Origin: Sphingobacteriia bacterium
Lineage (GTDB): Bacteria > Bacteroidota > Bacteroidia > Chitinophagales > Chitinophagaceae
DNA: 64,000 nucleotides
Direction: 5' to 3'
NCBI GenBank assembly: GCA_947456855.1
Contig: CANGTR010000001.1
Span: 13,318 to 77,317, forward strand
Shown: positions 47,740 through 58,245 of the stretch, piece by piece
Layout: the number at the start of each line of letters is the position of its first letter
How positions within the stretch are numbered: position 1 is the first letter of the stretch
Notes under the pieces: model-generated
Database searches by the model: none
Seen by the model: the letters and a program-made list of their open reading frames with translations, nothing else
What the model was told of the DNA's origin: nothing
Position numbers and translations under genes: made by a program

Positions 47740-50700
47740 CTGAAGAGATTCTTAACCATATTAAGCAGAACCATTTTAATTTTAATAGCAATTATCTTGC
47801 TATTATTAATTGCCATTCAAACAAATTATGTTCAAAATAGAATGGTGAATTTTGCAACCAACAAGTTATCTGTAGAGCTTGGGACGGAAGTAAAAATCAA
47901 AAATGTAAGTATTTCTTTATTCAATAAACTGAATATGGAAGGCATCTTAATTCGCGATAAACAAAAAGATACAATCTTATATGCCGGACAATTCAGGGTT
48001 AGGATTACAGATTGGTTCTTTCTTAAAAATAAAGCAGAGTTAAAATACATAGGCTTAGAAGATGCTGTGGTGAAATTACAGAGAAAAGACTCCATTTGGA
48101 ACTATCAATTTCTAGCAGATTATTTCTCTTCTCCATCCCCGAAAAAAAAGAAAAAAACAACATTTGAATTAAACTTGAAAAAAGTTGATTTGAAAAACAT
48201 ACGCTTCATCCAAAATGATTTATGGACTGGCGAAATTACCAATGTTCAATTAGCGGGTTTAAGCATGGAATCCGAAAAAATTGATATTGCTAAAAAAAGA
48301 TTTCTTATCAATAATATCATTCTAAACAAACCATCAGTTGTACTTCAGAGTGTAGACGGGTTAAGGCCATTAAAAAAAGCATCTTCCGAAAAAACAATAC
48401 CTGATACTGGACTATATTTTAATGAAGCAGGTTTGGATATTAAATTAGCACAATTACAAATCATCAATGGCAGTTTATTCATTGAAGGAAACTTAGATAA
48501 AGCCGACCCTGGTTTCGACGGCTCACATATTGAATTAAATAAATTAACTGGCACCATTAACAAACTTAAATTTCAAAAAGATACACTTACTGCATCTGTG
48601 AATCTTGCTGTGAAAGATAGAAGTGGGTTAGAAATTAAAAAACTTAAAACCAATTTCAGACTCACTCCTCAAATAATGGAATTAGCCCAACTTGACTTGC
48701 AAACCAACAAAAGCAGATTGGGCAATTATTACGCCATGAAATTCAAGGATTTCAACAAGGACTTTAACGATTATGAAGAAAAGGTAGTGATGGATGCAAA
48801 ATTCACTAACGCAAAAGTACATAGTGATGATATTGCTTATTTTGCTCCTGAGTTAAAATCATGGAAGAAAGAAGCAATCATCTCAGGTAAATTTTTAGGA
48901 ACAGTTGCTGATTTTAAAGTAAATCAATTCAATGCCAGAATAGGTTCTACAACATCTATAAATGGTTCATTGAGCATGAAGGGGCTGCCAGATATAGACA
49001 ATACATTTATTGGCTTTAACAATGGCACTGTATTTTCCAATGCCAATGACATCAGTGTGATAATACCTGACTTAAAAAAAATGACCAATCCAGACATTGG
49101 TTCCTTAGGGCAAATCATTTATAGAGGCAATTTTAATGGCAGTATTCATGATTTTAAAACTGCAGGCGTATTTTCTAGCAATTTAGGCGGTTTAAATACC
49201 AATATAAGCATGAAACTTCCGCTTAAAGGAGAACCATCCTATGAAGGGTTTTTGGAATCAGAAAAATTTAACATCGGTAAATTTCTGGCTATTTCAGAGT
49301 TAGGCATGATAAATTTTAAAGGGAAAATTGCTGGAACCAGTTTTTATTTAGACAAACTAAAAACAAAGTTTGTGGGTGAAGTAAAAGCAATAAACTATAA
49401 TGGCTACGAATACACCAATATAGAAACCAACGGCACCATTCAGAAAAAATATTTCAATGGTGATTTAAAAATAAATGACCCTAACCTTTCATTTACTTCT
49501 AATGTAGAAATTGATTACAGTAAAGATCAACCATTGTTTAACATCGTAGGGGATCTTTCTAAGTCGGACTTAAAAGCGCTCAATCTTTACAAAGACAAAA
49601 TTGAAATTGTTGGCTTATTGGATGTAAATTTCATAGGAAAAGACATTGATAAATTTATTGGTACAGCAAAATTTTTAAACGCAGTTGTTAAAAGTGAAAA
49701 CACAACAGTTCGCTTCGACTCATTAAACTTAACATCAAGCTATAAAGACTCCATAAAATCATTACATATAGGCAGCAATGATTTCAATGCATCGATTAAT
49801 GGTAAATTTAGTATTCTAGAATTGCCAGCAAGTTTTCAATCATTTTTATACAATTATTATCCGGCTTATATAAAACCCATCAAGACTGTTCCAAGGAACC
49901 AGCAATTTAACTTTATAATCAATACTCAATATTTTCAACCATACATAAGATTAATTCAAAAAGATGTTACTGGATTCAACGACTTAACTTTAAAAGGAAC
50001 CATAGATACAAAAAACAATTTATTAAATCTAGACGCTTTTGTTCCTTACGCTAAATATAAAAAATATTCATTGATTGGATTTTCTCTTATCGGAAAAGGA
50101 AACTATGACTCTTTAACGCTATCAACCAATATTAGCAATATCGAAATCGGAGATAGTTTAACACTCCCTAACTCAATAATCACCATTTCTTCTCAGAAAG
50201 ATCATTCCGTTGTTGGAATTAAAACCAAAACATTAAACAAACAAAATAGTGCAGATATCTTAGCAGATGTATATACCCTTACCGATGGAGTGCGAATTCA
50301 ATTTAGGCCATCTGCATTTACATTGAACGAAAAAGAATGGATAATTGAAAAAGCAGGAGAACTAGAAATTAGAAAAAACTATATCAATGCCAAGAATGTT
50401 AAGCTTACTCAAGGGTTTCAAGAATTAACAATAGAACCAAGTACCGACTTAAAAGGCAATAAAAATAGCCTAGAAGTTAAATTAAAAAGCATCATTCTTG
50501 GAGATATCACCTCCTTATTTCTCAAAAAAGAACGTTTAGAAGGGCTTGCTAGCGGAAGCATTAAACTAAATGATTTTTATGGGGACTTTAATGCAAGTAC
50601 AGCTATTAAGGTAGAAGAATTCAGGTACGACAAAGATTCCATAGGATTGGTAAATATCAATGCAGGTTTTAGAAACAGTACTGGCCTTATACCATTTAGC

Positions 50701-52515
50701 ATCAGTTCTCCCAACGAGGGATATAATTTCTCCGCTGAAGGTTCGTATAATATTAATGACACAACAGGAACTTCATTTAATACCAATATTGATTTAAAAA
50801 AATCTCAAATAGGCATTATTCAGCAGTTTTTAGCTGGTTTGTTTTCCGATCTATCTGGCGAAGCAACTGGCAAACTAAATATTAGCGGAGATTTAAACGC
50901 TCCTAATTTAATAGGCAAAATACACTTGAAGCATGCAGGAATGAAAGTAAACTATACACAAGTATATTACTCAATCGATTCTGCTACTATTCAATTTAAA
51001 GAAGATGGCATTGATTTTGGGAAATTCTCTATTAGAGATAAGTACAACAATATGGGAGTTGTATCAGGAAAACTATTGGAGAAGCAATTCAAAAACATGG
51101 CTTTTGATTTTGACCTATCTACTGAAAAGCTTTTATTAATCGACACAAAATCAACAGACAATCAACAGTTTTACGGTAAAGCTATTGGCAAAGCTACATT
51201 GAGTTTTAAAGGACCAGAAACTGCTTGTAAAATGACCATTGTGGCCGAATCGAACGATAGTTCTCATATTGTAATTCCAAATTCCATTAGCAAAGAGAGT
51301 GGTGCAGCAGATTTTATTGTTTTTAAAGAATATGGAACCGAAATGGCGGAATTAAAAGAAAAAAGCAATTTTAATTTGTTGGTAGATTTAGATATTACAG
51401 CCAACAATAAAGTGGCTATTGATGTGATTATGGATGACCTCACTGGCGATGTAATCAAAGCAGTTGGAAATGGCCGATTGAGGATTAAAGCAGGAACCAT
51501 TGAACCTTTAACAATTAAAGGAAAATACAATATTGAAAGAGGAAACTACGATTTTAGTTTTCAATCTATTCTAAAAAAACCATTTGCATTATTACCCAAT
51601 GCTGGAAATTTTATCGAATGGAATGGCGATCCATTTAAAGCAGAATTACACATTGATGCACAGTATACCGCAGAAAGAGTTTCTTTAACAGATCTTATTG
51701 GGAACAACACATTTAGCGGCACTGTTAAAGGATATAGAGGTGATGTATATGTTATTGCTTCTATCAGAAATGAATTAAGTAAACCAGACATAAAGTTCAG
51801 ATTGGATTTTCCACAAGGAAGCCCTATCAAAAATGACAATGAGTTTGCACAATTTTTAGCAAAAATTCAAAGAGATGAAAATGAAATGTTGAAACAAGTT
51901 TCATTTTTAATTGTGTTTAATTCATTTGCGCCACCAGGGCAAACAAGTGGTTCTTCATCTGGAATAAATCCATATTCAATTAGCTCAATTGGTATTAATA
52001 GCTTGTCTCAACTTTTAACAAAAGAGGTAAACAAAGCTGTTTCTGATCTTTTATATAAAATCACCAAAGACAAGAGTTTAAGATTCGACTTAGGGGCAAC
52101 TGTTTATAGTAGTTCGAGCTTAATTGGAACGAATGGTAGCACATTGCAAAGCGACAATAGATTAGATAGATCAAGAGTTAGTGCAAAATTGGGAAAAGCA
52201 TTTTACAACAATAATGTAATTGTATCTTTTGGAGGAGACTTAGACTTTAATTTAGGTTCGAGCTCCTCCGTTCAGGCAGGTAACTTACAATGGTTACCAG
52301 ATATTACCATAGAGTTTGTTTTAACAACAGATAGAAAATTGAGGGCTGTTATTTTTAGCAAAAACAGTTTAGATATTAGTGGATCGAATTTTGGAAGAAG
52401 AAATAGACAAGGAGCCAGTATTTCTTACCGTCAAGATTTTGAAAAACTATTTGGCACAAAAAAAGAACCAATCAAAGTTCCGCCTCCAAAAGCAGATTCT
52501 ACAATTAGGCAATAA
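47740..52515 (+). CDS. tamB: Translocation/assembly module TamB (AsmA-like) protein
   Basis: About 1590 aa of repetitive beta structure with C-terminal DUF490-like region; frame opens at CTG 47740 giving an N-terminal anchor (track start TTG 47797). Confidence 0.82.
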   Translation: MKRFLTILSRTILILIAIILLLLIAIQTNYVQNRMVNFATNKLSVELGTEVKIKNVSISLFNKLNMEGILIRDKQKDTILYAGQFRVRITDWFFLKNKAELKYIGLEDAVVKLQRKDSIWNYQFLADYFSSPSPKKKKKTTFELNLKKVDLKNIRFIQNDLWTGEITNVQLAGLSMESEKIDIAKKRFLINNIILNKPSVVLQSVDGLRPLKKASSEKTIPDTGLYFNEAGLDIKLAQLQIINGSLFIEGNLDKADPGFDGSHIELNKLTGTINKLKFQKDTLTASVNLAVKDRSGLEIKKLKTNFRLTPQIMELAQLDLQTNKSRLGNYYAMKFKDFNKDFNDYEEKVVMDAKFTNAKVHSDDIAYFAPELKSWKKEAIISGKFLGTVADFKVNQFNARIGSTTSINGSLSMKGLPDIDNTFIGFNNGTVFSNANDISVIIPDLKKMTNPDIGSLGQIIYRGNFNGSIHDFKTAGVFSSNLGGLNTNISMKLPLKGEPSYEGFLESEKFNIGKFLAISELGMINFKGKIAGTSFYLDKLKTKFVGEVKAINYNGYEYTNIETNGTIQKKYFNGDLKINDPNLSFTSNVEIDYSKDQPLFNIVGDLSKSDLKALNLYKDKIEIVGLLDVNFIGKDIDKFIGTAKFLNAVVKSENTTVRFDSLNLTSSYKDSIKSLHIGSNDFNASINGKFSILELPASFQSFLYNYYPAYIKPIKTVPRNQQFNFIINTQYFQPYIRLIQKDVTGFNDLTLKGTIDTKNNLLNLDAFVPYAKYKKYSLIGFSLIGKGNYDSLTLSTNISNIEIGDSLTLPNSIITISSQKDHSVVGIKTKTLNKQNSADILADVYTLTDGVRIQFRPSAFTLNEKEWIIEKAGELEIRKNYINAKNVKLTQGFQELTIEPSTDLKGNKNSLEVKLKSIILGDITSLFLKKERLEGLASGSIKLNDFYGDFNASTAIKVEEFRYDKDSIGLVNINAGFRNSTGLIPFSISSPNEGYNFSAEGSYNINDTTGTSFNTNIDLKKSQIGIIQQFLAGLFSDLSGEATGKLNISGDLNAPNLIGKIHLKHAGMKVNYTQVYYSIDSATIQFKEDGIDFGKFSIRDKYNNMGVVSGKLLEKQFKNMAFDFDLSTEKLLLIDTKSTDNQQFYGKAIGKATLSFKGPETACKMTIVAESNDSSHIVIPNSISKESGAADFIVFKEYGTEMAELKEKSNFNLLVDLDITANNKVAIDVIMDDLTGDVIKAVGNGRLRIKAGTIEPLTIKGKYNIERGNYDFSFQSILKKPFALLPNAGNFIEWNGDPFKAELHIDAQYTAERVSLTDLIGNNTFSGTVKGYRGDVYVIASIRNELSKPDIKFRLDFPQGSPIKNDNEFAQFLAKIQRDENEMLKQVSFLIVFNSFAPPGQTSGSSSGINPYSISSIGINSLSQLLTKEVNKAVSDLLYKITKDKSLRFDLGATVYSSSSLIGTNGSTLQSDNRLDRSRVSAKLGKAFYNNNVIVSFGGDLDFNLGSSSSVQAGNLQWLPDITIEFVLTTDRKLRAVIFSKNSLDISGSNFGRRNRQGASISYRQDFEKLFGTKKEPIKVPPPKADSTIRQ

Positions 52516-52518
52516 TTG

Positions 52519-54072
52519 TTATCTAGTTAATATTGATGGTGGAATTAGTTTGCAGCTTTTTAGTCGATATACATTAAAGTACCTAATATTTGCTCCACTC
52601 CTTACTTGATTAATTACAATTGGTTTTTCAATTTCACTATAATATTTCCCATAAATTAAGTTAGGGTCTGTGGGTAAATTAGATGGAACTATGCAATATG
52701 CATCATCTCCTAATTGTATTTGCTTTCTTTCTTCATTAAGCCAAGCGAATTTGTGCAAGTTGGGTAAAGTTCCTATACCTATTAACGAAATTCCAAATGG
52801 CTTAGTTACATAGAACTCTAAATGTCCTGCAGGGAACCACTTATCTACAATAATTGGAGCTCCTTTTTTCATTTTATTTGTAGCGATATCATTTTCAACC
52901 AATTGATTAAATGCAATACCAAATTTTTTCCAACCAGAAAGGTCTAGTGTTGGGCAATACTCTCCGTAATTCGCCAAATCCTGACTTCCAAAATTCCTTG
53001 GAGCTAATTGAACCAACCCTACTCCAATAACAAGCACAAATCCAACTAAAAAAAAGGCAGCTTTAAGCAGGTTGGGAAATACAGCGAAAGTTTTGTTTTG
53101 AAGATACAAAGCTGCAATAAAAAAAAGCGGTATAAATGCAGGGCCCGACCAATGGGGCAATGTTGGATTGAATAATGATACTGCCCAAAACACCATAAGC
53201 ATTGGAATGCTCATAAAGCATAACCAAATAGTAATTCTTTTTTGTTTGAATTTGATTCTTTTCGAAAACAAAGCAATGATAGAAAGTATAAACAGCATAA
53301 ACAATATAGGATTTTGGTAAGCCATCTCACCGCCCAATTCCTGGGCAAATGACTTCCAAAGCAATCCGGTATGCGTTACTCTTTCAGAATGAAATTTATA
53401 GGTAATAAAATCGTATTGGATATTCCAAAAAACAATTGGCAATAGGCATAGTAAAGTAATCAGTACACCAATGTAGAGCCTCCAATTTAGCAACCAAGCA
53501 ATTCTTTTGAACAAGATAAACAATCCAAATCCAAACCATAAAAACAAACCATGCACTTTACATAAAGCAGCTAACCCAATCATTAATCCTAATAAAATCC
53601 AGTTAATCAGTTGATTATTCTCATTTCTATAAATCAACAAATGAGCCATGATGTACAAAGCACCAATCCAGAAAGGCATTTGAGGGGAATCTGGTAAAAT
53701 AAAAAAGCCAGCTAAGAATCCAGTATATACACTTGCAGAATAAATAAGCGCAGCCAACCAGCCAAGCCTTTCGCCATCCAACAACTTACCCAATTTAAAA
53801 ACAAACCAAGTAGCCAATGCTGCAGAAAAAATACTACCCAACCTTAAAGACAATTCATTGGCCCATTGCAAATTGAAGGTTGTAAGCCTAATGAGTAACC
53901 CTATTATTGGTGGGTGATCGAAATGATTCCAATCTGGTTGCAAGGCATAGGTCCAATAATATACTTCATCATTACCCAACTCAAAAAAAGGGGCAACAAC
54001 CATTTTAAGAAAAGCCATTATCCCAATAAGATAAAGGGTTCTTTTTGTGTATGATTTATGATTGGTTAACAT
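52519..54072 (-). CDS. GT39 / ArnT-PMT family membrane glycosyltransferase
   Basis: GNDEVYYW, FDHPP, ILPDSP, LCKVHG, multiple TM helices. Confidence 0.88.
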   Translation of the reverse strand: MLTNHKSYTKRTLYLIGIMAFLKMVVAPFFELGNDEVYYWTYALQPDWNHFDHPPIIGLLIRLTTFNLQWANELSLRLGSIFSAALATWFVFKLGKLLDGERLGWLAALIYSASVYTGFLAGFFILPDSPQMPFWIGALYIMAHLLIYRNENNQLINWILLGLMIGLAALCKVHGLFLWFGFGLFILFKRIAWLLNWRLYIGVLITLLCLLPIVFWNIQYDFITYKFHSERVTHTGLLWKSFAQELGGEMAYQNPILFMLFILSIIALFSKRIKFKQKRITIWLCFMSIPMLMVFWAVSLFNPTLPHWSGPAFIPLFFIAALYLQNKTFAVFPNLLKAAFFLVGFVLVIGVGLVQLAPRNFGSQDLANYGEYCPTLDLSGWKKFGIAFNQLVENDIATNKMKKGAPIIVDKWFPAGHLEFYVTKPFGISLIGIGTLPNLHKFAWLNEERKQIQLGDDAYCIVPSNLPTDPNLIYGKYYSEIEKPIVINQVRSGANIRYFNVYRLKSCKLIPPSILTR

Positions 54073-54109
54073 TTATACAAAGGGAGGTATATGCATATAA
54101 AGAAGCTAC

Positions 54110-54535
54110 TTATCGAGTTTGATCAATCAACCATCTAACAGCTAATTCATAACCCATCAAACCAAGCCCAATAATACTTCCATTTACCACTGCAGACACA
54201 TAAGAGTGTTTTCTAAATTCTTCCCGGCTATGTAGATTACTTATATGTACTTCAACAACAGATGCTTTAACTGCTGCTATAGCATCTCCTATAGCAATAG
54301 ATGTATGAGTGTATGCAGCAGGGTTTATAACTATTCCATCTACCGAAAAACCATATTGTTGAATTGCATTAACCAGCTCTCCTTCTACATTCGATTGAAA
54401 ATATACAAATTCAACAGATGAAAAATTGACTTTTAATTTTTCTAGGCAAGAATCAAATGACTCATTGCCATAAATGCCAGGTTCTCTTTTTCCTAACAAA
54501 TTAAGATTCGGCCCGTTGATAATGGCTATTTTCAT
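54110..54535 (-). CDS. aroQ: Type II 3-dehydroquinate dehydratase
   Basis: INGPNLNLLGKREPGIYG, QSNVEG, VEVHISN..REEFR. Confidence 0.97.
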   Translation of the reverse strand: MKIAIINGPNLNLLGKREPGIYGNESFDSCLEKLKVNFSSVEFVYFQSNVEGELVNAIQQYGFSVDGIVINPAAYTHTSIAIGDAIAAVKASVVEVHISNLHSREEFRKHSYVSAVVNGSIIGLGLMGYELAVRWLIDQTR

Positions 54536-54544
54536 AGTATAAAT

Positions 54545-55648
54545 TTACTGCATCATTTCCACAAAGCGATCAAATAAGTACCTGCTATCGTGAGGGCCGG
54601 GTGTACTTTCTGGGTGATATTGTACACTAAATGCAGGGCGATCTTTTAAACGGATCCCCTCGATAGAGTTGTCGTTTAAATTTAAATGGGTTACTTCCAC
54701 ATTATTGTGTTTTCTTACAGCTTCAGGATCTACCCCAAATCCATGATTTTGTGTAGTTATTTCGCATTGCCCAGTAATGATGTTTTTTACTGGATGATTC
54801 AATCCCCTATGGCCATGATGCATTTTAAAAGTAGGAATATCATTGGCAAGGGCAAGTAATTGATGACCTAGACAAATACCAAATACAGGCTTTTTCTCAT
54901 TCAGAATTTCTTTAACAGTGCTCACTGCATAAGGCATTGCTGATGGATCACCAGGTCCATTGGAAATAAAGTATCCTTTTGGATTGAATGCTTTTAAACG
55001 TTCGAAACTTGTTTTAGCAGGATGAACTCTTACATGAGCACCTCTAGAAACCATGCACTCCAGAATATGTTGCTTAATACCAAAATCTAAAACGGATATT
55101 TTAGTGGGTGAGTTAACATCTCCTAATTCATATTCTTGGTTTGTACTTACCGTACTAGCTAATTCCAATCCATCCATATTGGGTACGGATTTCAAAAGTT
55201 CTTTAAGCTTTGTAATATCCATTTCATCAGAAGAAATTATACAATTCATGGCGCCTTTTGTGCGAATATGAGCAACCAATGCGCGCGTATCAATTCCTTC
55301 AATTGCTACTATATTATTTTGTTCCAAATAACTATTTAGATCACCATTTGCCAGTTTTCTACTGAATTGTTCTTCTAAATTTCTGGCAATCAAACCATGA
55401 ATTTTTACAGAACTGCTTTCTACATCAGCTTCTTTTACACCATAATTACCTATGTGTACATTATTCATAATTAATACCTGCCCTGTATAGCTTGGATCTG
55501 TAAATACTTCCTGGTAACCAGTCATTCCTGTATTGAAACAAATTTCTCCGGTTGCCTTTCCAATTTTTCCAAAGGCTTGGCCATAGAACACATGACCATC
55601 GGCTAGGATTAACACTGCAGGTTTGTTGTTTGATGTTGAATTTGGCAT
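54545..55648 (-). CDS. carA: Carbamoyl-phosphate synthase small subunit
   Basis: FNTGMTGYQE, SNGPGDP, GICLGHQL, QYHPE. Confidence 0.97.
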   Translation of the reverse strand: MPNSTSNNKPAVLILADGHVFYGQAFGKIGKATGEICFNTGMTGYQEVFTDPSYTGQVLIMNNVHIGNYGVKEADVESSSVKIHGLIARNLEEQFSRKLANGDLNSYLEQNNIVAIEGIDTRALVAHIRTKGAMNCIISSDEMDITKLKELLKSVPNMDGLELASTVSTNQEYELGDVNSPTKISVLDFGIKQHILECMVSRGAHVRVHPAKTSFERLKAFNPKGYFISNGPGDPSAMPYAVSTVKEILNEKKPVFGICLGHQLLALANDIPTFKMHHGHRGLNHPVKNIITGQCEITTQNHGFGVDPEAVRKHNNVEVTHLNLNDNSIEGIRLKDRPAFSVQYHPESTPGPHDSRYLFDRFVEMMQ

Positions 55649-55720
55649 AGTTCAATTTCTTATTGCAAAAGAAAATCAATTTTTGCAAAAAATAGGTTTA
55701 AGTTTCTCACAATAGTATCC

Positions 55721-55757
55721 ATAAAAAAAGGCATCCCGTTTAAAACGGAATGCCTTT
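55721..55757 (-). terminator. Intrinsic terminator of the infA-rplQ operon
   Basis: Stem AAAGGCATTCCGTTT/AAACGGGATGCCTTT with one G-U pair on the minus strand, followed by a U-run; 20 nt after the rplQ stop. Confidence 0.9.
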
Positions 55758-55777
55758 ATGGTTAAAACAGTTGCATA

Positions 55778-56326
55778 TTAATCAGCTGCTTTTTCTTCTG
55801 TTGATGTTGTGGCGGGTGTTTCAGTTTCAGCGGCTTCAACTGCTGGAGCTTCAGCTACAGCTTCAGTTGCAACTTCAGCTTTCTTAGGTGCACGACCACG
55901 ACGTGTTTTCTTTGCTGGCTCTTCTGCTTTTTCAATGCCTTTACCATAGATCTCATTGAAATCTACTAGTTCAATCATTGCTTTTTCAGCATTATCTCCA
56001 GGACGAATACCTAATTTTAAAATACGGGTATATCCACCAGGACGAGTTGCTACTTTAGGACCAACTACTGTAAATAATTCTTTAACAGCGGCTTTGTCTT
56101 GCAATTCAGCAAAAACCAAACGATGGTTATGACTGATTTGAGCAGCCGACTCATTCTTCTTGGTTTTTGTAATCATTGGCTCTACATAAGCTCTTAAAGC
56201 TTTTGCTTTTGCCAAAGTTGTTACAATACGCTTGTGTGTAATTAACTGACTAGCCAAATTTTGCAATAAGGCAACTCTGTGTGCCTTCTTACGGCCTAGG
56301 TTGTTGATTTTGTCTCCGTGACGCAT
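55778..56326 (-). CDS. rplQ: 50S ribosomal protein L17 with Ala/Glu-rich C-terminal extension
   Basis: [27 protein letters not shown]. Confidence 0.98.
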   Translation of the reverse strand: MRHGDKINNLGRKKAHRVALLQNLASQLITHKRIVTTLAKAKALRAYVEPMITKTKKNESAAQISHNHRLVFAELQDKAAVKELFTVVGPKVATRPGGYTRILKLGIRPGDNAEKAMIELVDFNEIYGKGIEKAEEPAKKTRRGRAPKKAEVATEAVAEAPAVEAAETETPATTSTEEKAAD

Positions 56327-56372
56327 GACATTTAAGTTTTAACTCCACACCGTGTCAGGATATGTGGAGGGC

Positions 56373-56455
56373 ACCCCCCGTCCCCCTAAAGGGGGAGTTG
56401 GAAAGTAAGGTTATTTAAAAAGTTCCCTTCAGCCCCCTTTAGGGGGTTGGGGGGT
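56373..56455. repeat. REP-like nested palindrome pair (CCCCCTAAAGGGGG ... CCCCCTTTAGGGGG)
   Basis: Two inverted copies, each internally palindromic, abutting the rpoA stop. Confidence 0.8.
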
Positions 56456-57457
56456 TTAGTTATCTAAATTATCTAAACCCAATTTAGCTAGATCCATACC
56501 AAAGCTCAATCCTCTTTCAGTTAATACTTGCTCAATCTCAGAAAGAGATTTTTGACCAAAGTTTCTAAACTTCATCAAGTCTTCTTGCTCGTATTGTACC
56601 AATTCGCTTAAGCTATTGATTTTTGCAGCTTTCAAGCAATTGAATGCTCTAACAGAAAGATCTAAATCTTCTAAAGGAGTTTTCAATACTTTACGCAATT
56701 GCAAAATATGCTCATCAACTACATCTTCTTTCTTATCTTCTTTATTATCAAAAGTGATGTTTTCATCAGTAATGATCATCAAGTGTTGAATAAGAATACG
56801 AGAAGCTTGTTTTACTGCATCTTCGGGATGAATAGTGCCATCTGTTACTACATCCAAAATTAGTTTCTCATAGTCGGTTCTTTGTTCTACACGATAGTTT
56901 TCTATAGCGTATTTAACATTCTTGATGGGTGTATGAATAGAATCGATTGCAATGTATCCGAATGGAGCATCTTTTAATTTATTCTCTTCAGCAGGAATAT
57001 ATCCTCTACCTCTTCCGATGGTTAATTCAATATCCATTTTAGCAGATGTATCCATTGTGCAAAGCAACAATTCTGGATTCATCACTTGAAAGCTTTGTGA
57101 TAATTCCCCAATCATTCCAGCAGTAAATTCAGTTTTTCCTTTGATAGAAAGATTGATTTTTTCTGTTGCAATTTCATGATCAACATGTTTCTTAAAACGA
57201 ACCTGCTTTAAATTCAGGATGATTTCAGTAACATCTTCAGTAATTCCTTTGATGGTTGCAAACTCATGGTCTACACCTTCAATTTTGATGCCTATAATAG
57301 CATAACCCTCTAATGAACTCAACAAAACTCTGCGAAGTGCATTACCGATTGTTAAACCATAACCCGGCTCAAGCGGGCGAAATTCAAATTGTCCAGCAAA
57401 CTCATTGGCTTTCTGTAAAACAATTTTGTCTGGTTTTTGGAAGCTTAATATTGCCAT
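56456..57457 (-). CDS. rpoA: RNA polymerase alpha subunit
   Basis: PLEPGYGLTIGNALRRVLLSS, alpha-CTD LSVRAFNCL, NFGQKSL. Confidence 0.98.
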   Translation of the reverse strand: MAILSFQKPDKIVLQKANEFAGQFEFRPLEPGYGLTIGNALRRVLLSSLEGYAIIGIKIEGVDHEFATIKGITEDVTEIILNLKQVRFKKHVDHEIATEKINLSIKGKTEFTAGMIGELSQSFQVMNPELLLCTMDTSAKMDIELTIGRGRGYIPAEENKLKDAPFGYIAIDSIHTPIKNVKYAIENYRVEQRTDYEKLILDVVTDGTIHPEDAVKQASRILIQHLMIITDENITFDNKEDKKEDVVDEHILQLRKVLKTPLEDLDLSVRAFNCLKAAKINSLSELVQYEQEDLMKFRNFGQKSLSEIEQVLTERGLSFGMDLAKLGLDNLDN

Positions 57458-57498
57458 ATTAGAACTTTGTTTTTTACTTATTTGGGTGAATAATGGAA

Positions 57499-58104
57499 TT
57501 ATTTAGAATACAATTCTACAATGAGTTGCTCCTTAATGTTTTCAGGAACGTTTTCGCGCTCTGGCATAGTAATGAAAGTACCTTTCTTCTCTCCTTCGTT
57601 CCAATCTAACCAACCGAACTTAGGATTCTTACCACGAGTTTTGCTAACTATACTTGAATTATCTGCACTTTTTGGCCTGTAGGCAATCACATCACCTGGC
57701 TTACAAGTGTAAGAAGGAACGTTCATTGTTTCACCATTTACAGTAATATGCTTATGATTAACCAATTGACGTGCTTCAGGACGGCTAGCAGTTAAACCCA
57801 AACGGAAAACTGTATTGTCTAAGCGAGATTCTAATAATTTGATAAGATTTTCACCGGTAACACCTTTTAAGCGTTGAGCTTCTTCAAAAGTTTTACGGAA
57901 CTGGCGCTCAAGTACACCATAAGTGTATTTAGCCTTTTGCTTTTCTCTTAACTGTAAAGCGTATTCACCCAAAGTTTTACGCTTACGAGCAGCACCATGC
58001 TGTCCGGGAGGGTTAGAATTTTTACCTAACCACTTGGCATTACCTAAAATAGGTTCGCCGAAAATTCTGGAGATTTTGGTCTTAGGACCTGTGTAACGTG
58101 CCAT
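57499..58104 (-). CDS. rpsD: 30S ribosomal protein S4
   Basis: MARYTGP, PPGQHG, LESRLDN, ARQLVNHKH, IVELYSK. Confidence 0.98.
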   Translation of the reverse strand: MARYTGPKTKISRIFGEPILGNAKWLGKNSNPPGQHGAARKRKTLGEYALQLREKQKAKYTYGVLERQFRKTFEEAQRLKGVTGENLIKLLESRLDNTVFRLGLTASRPEARQLVNHKHITVNGETMNVPSYTCKPGDVIAYRPKSADNSSIVSKTRGKNPKFGWLDWNEGEKKGTFITMPERENVPENIKEQLIVELYSK

Positions 58105-58245
58105 AGTTTTTTTTCATTTCGATTTTTTTAGAATTCGTTGCTCCGATCGGTTAAAAATCGTAAAAAATAAATCGGGCAACCTTTTAATAAATGAAACCTT
58201 GAGGCTCAATATGTAATCCACTACCTCTATTGAGGCTTAGGATGG

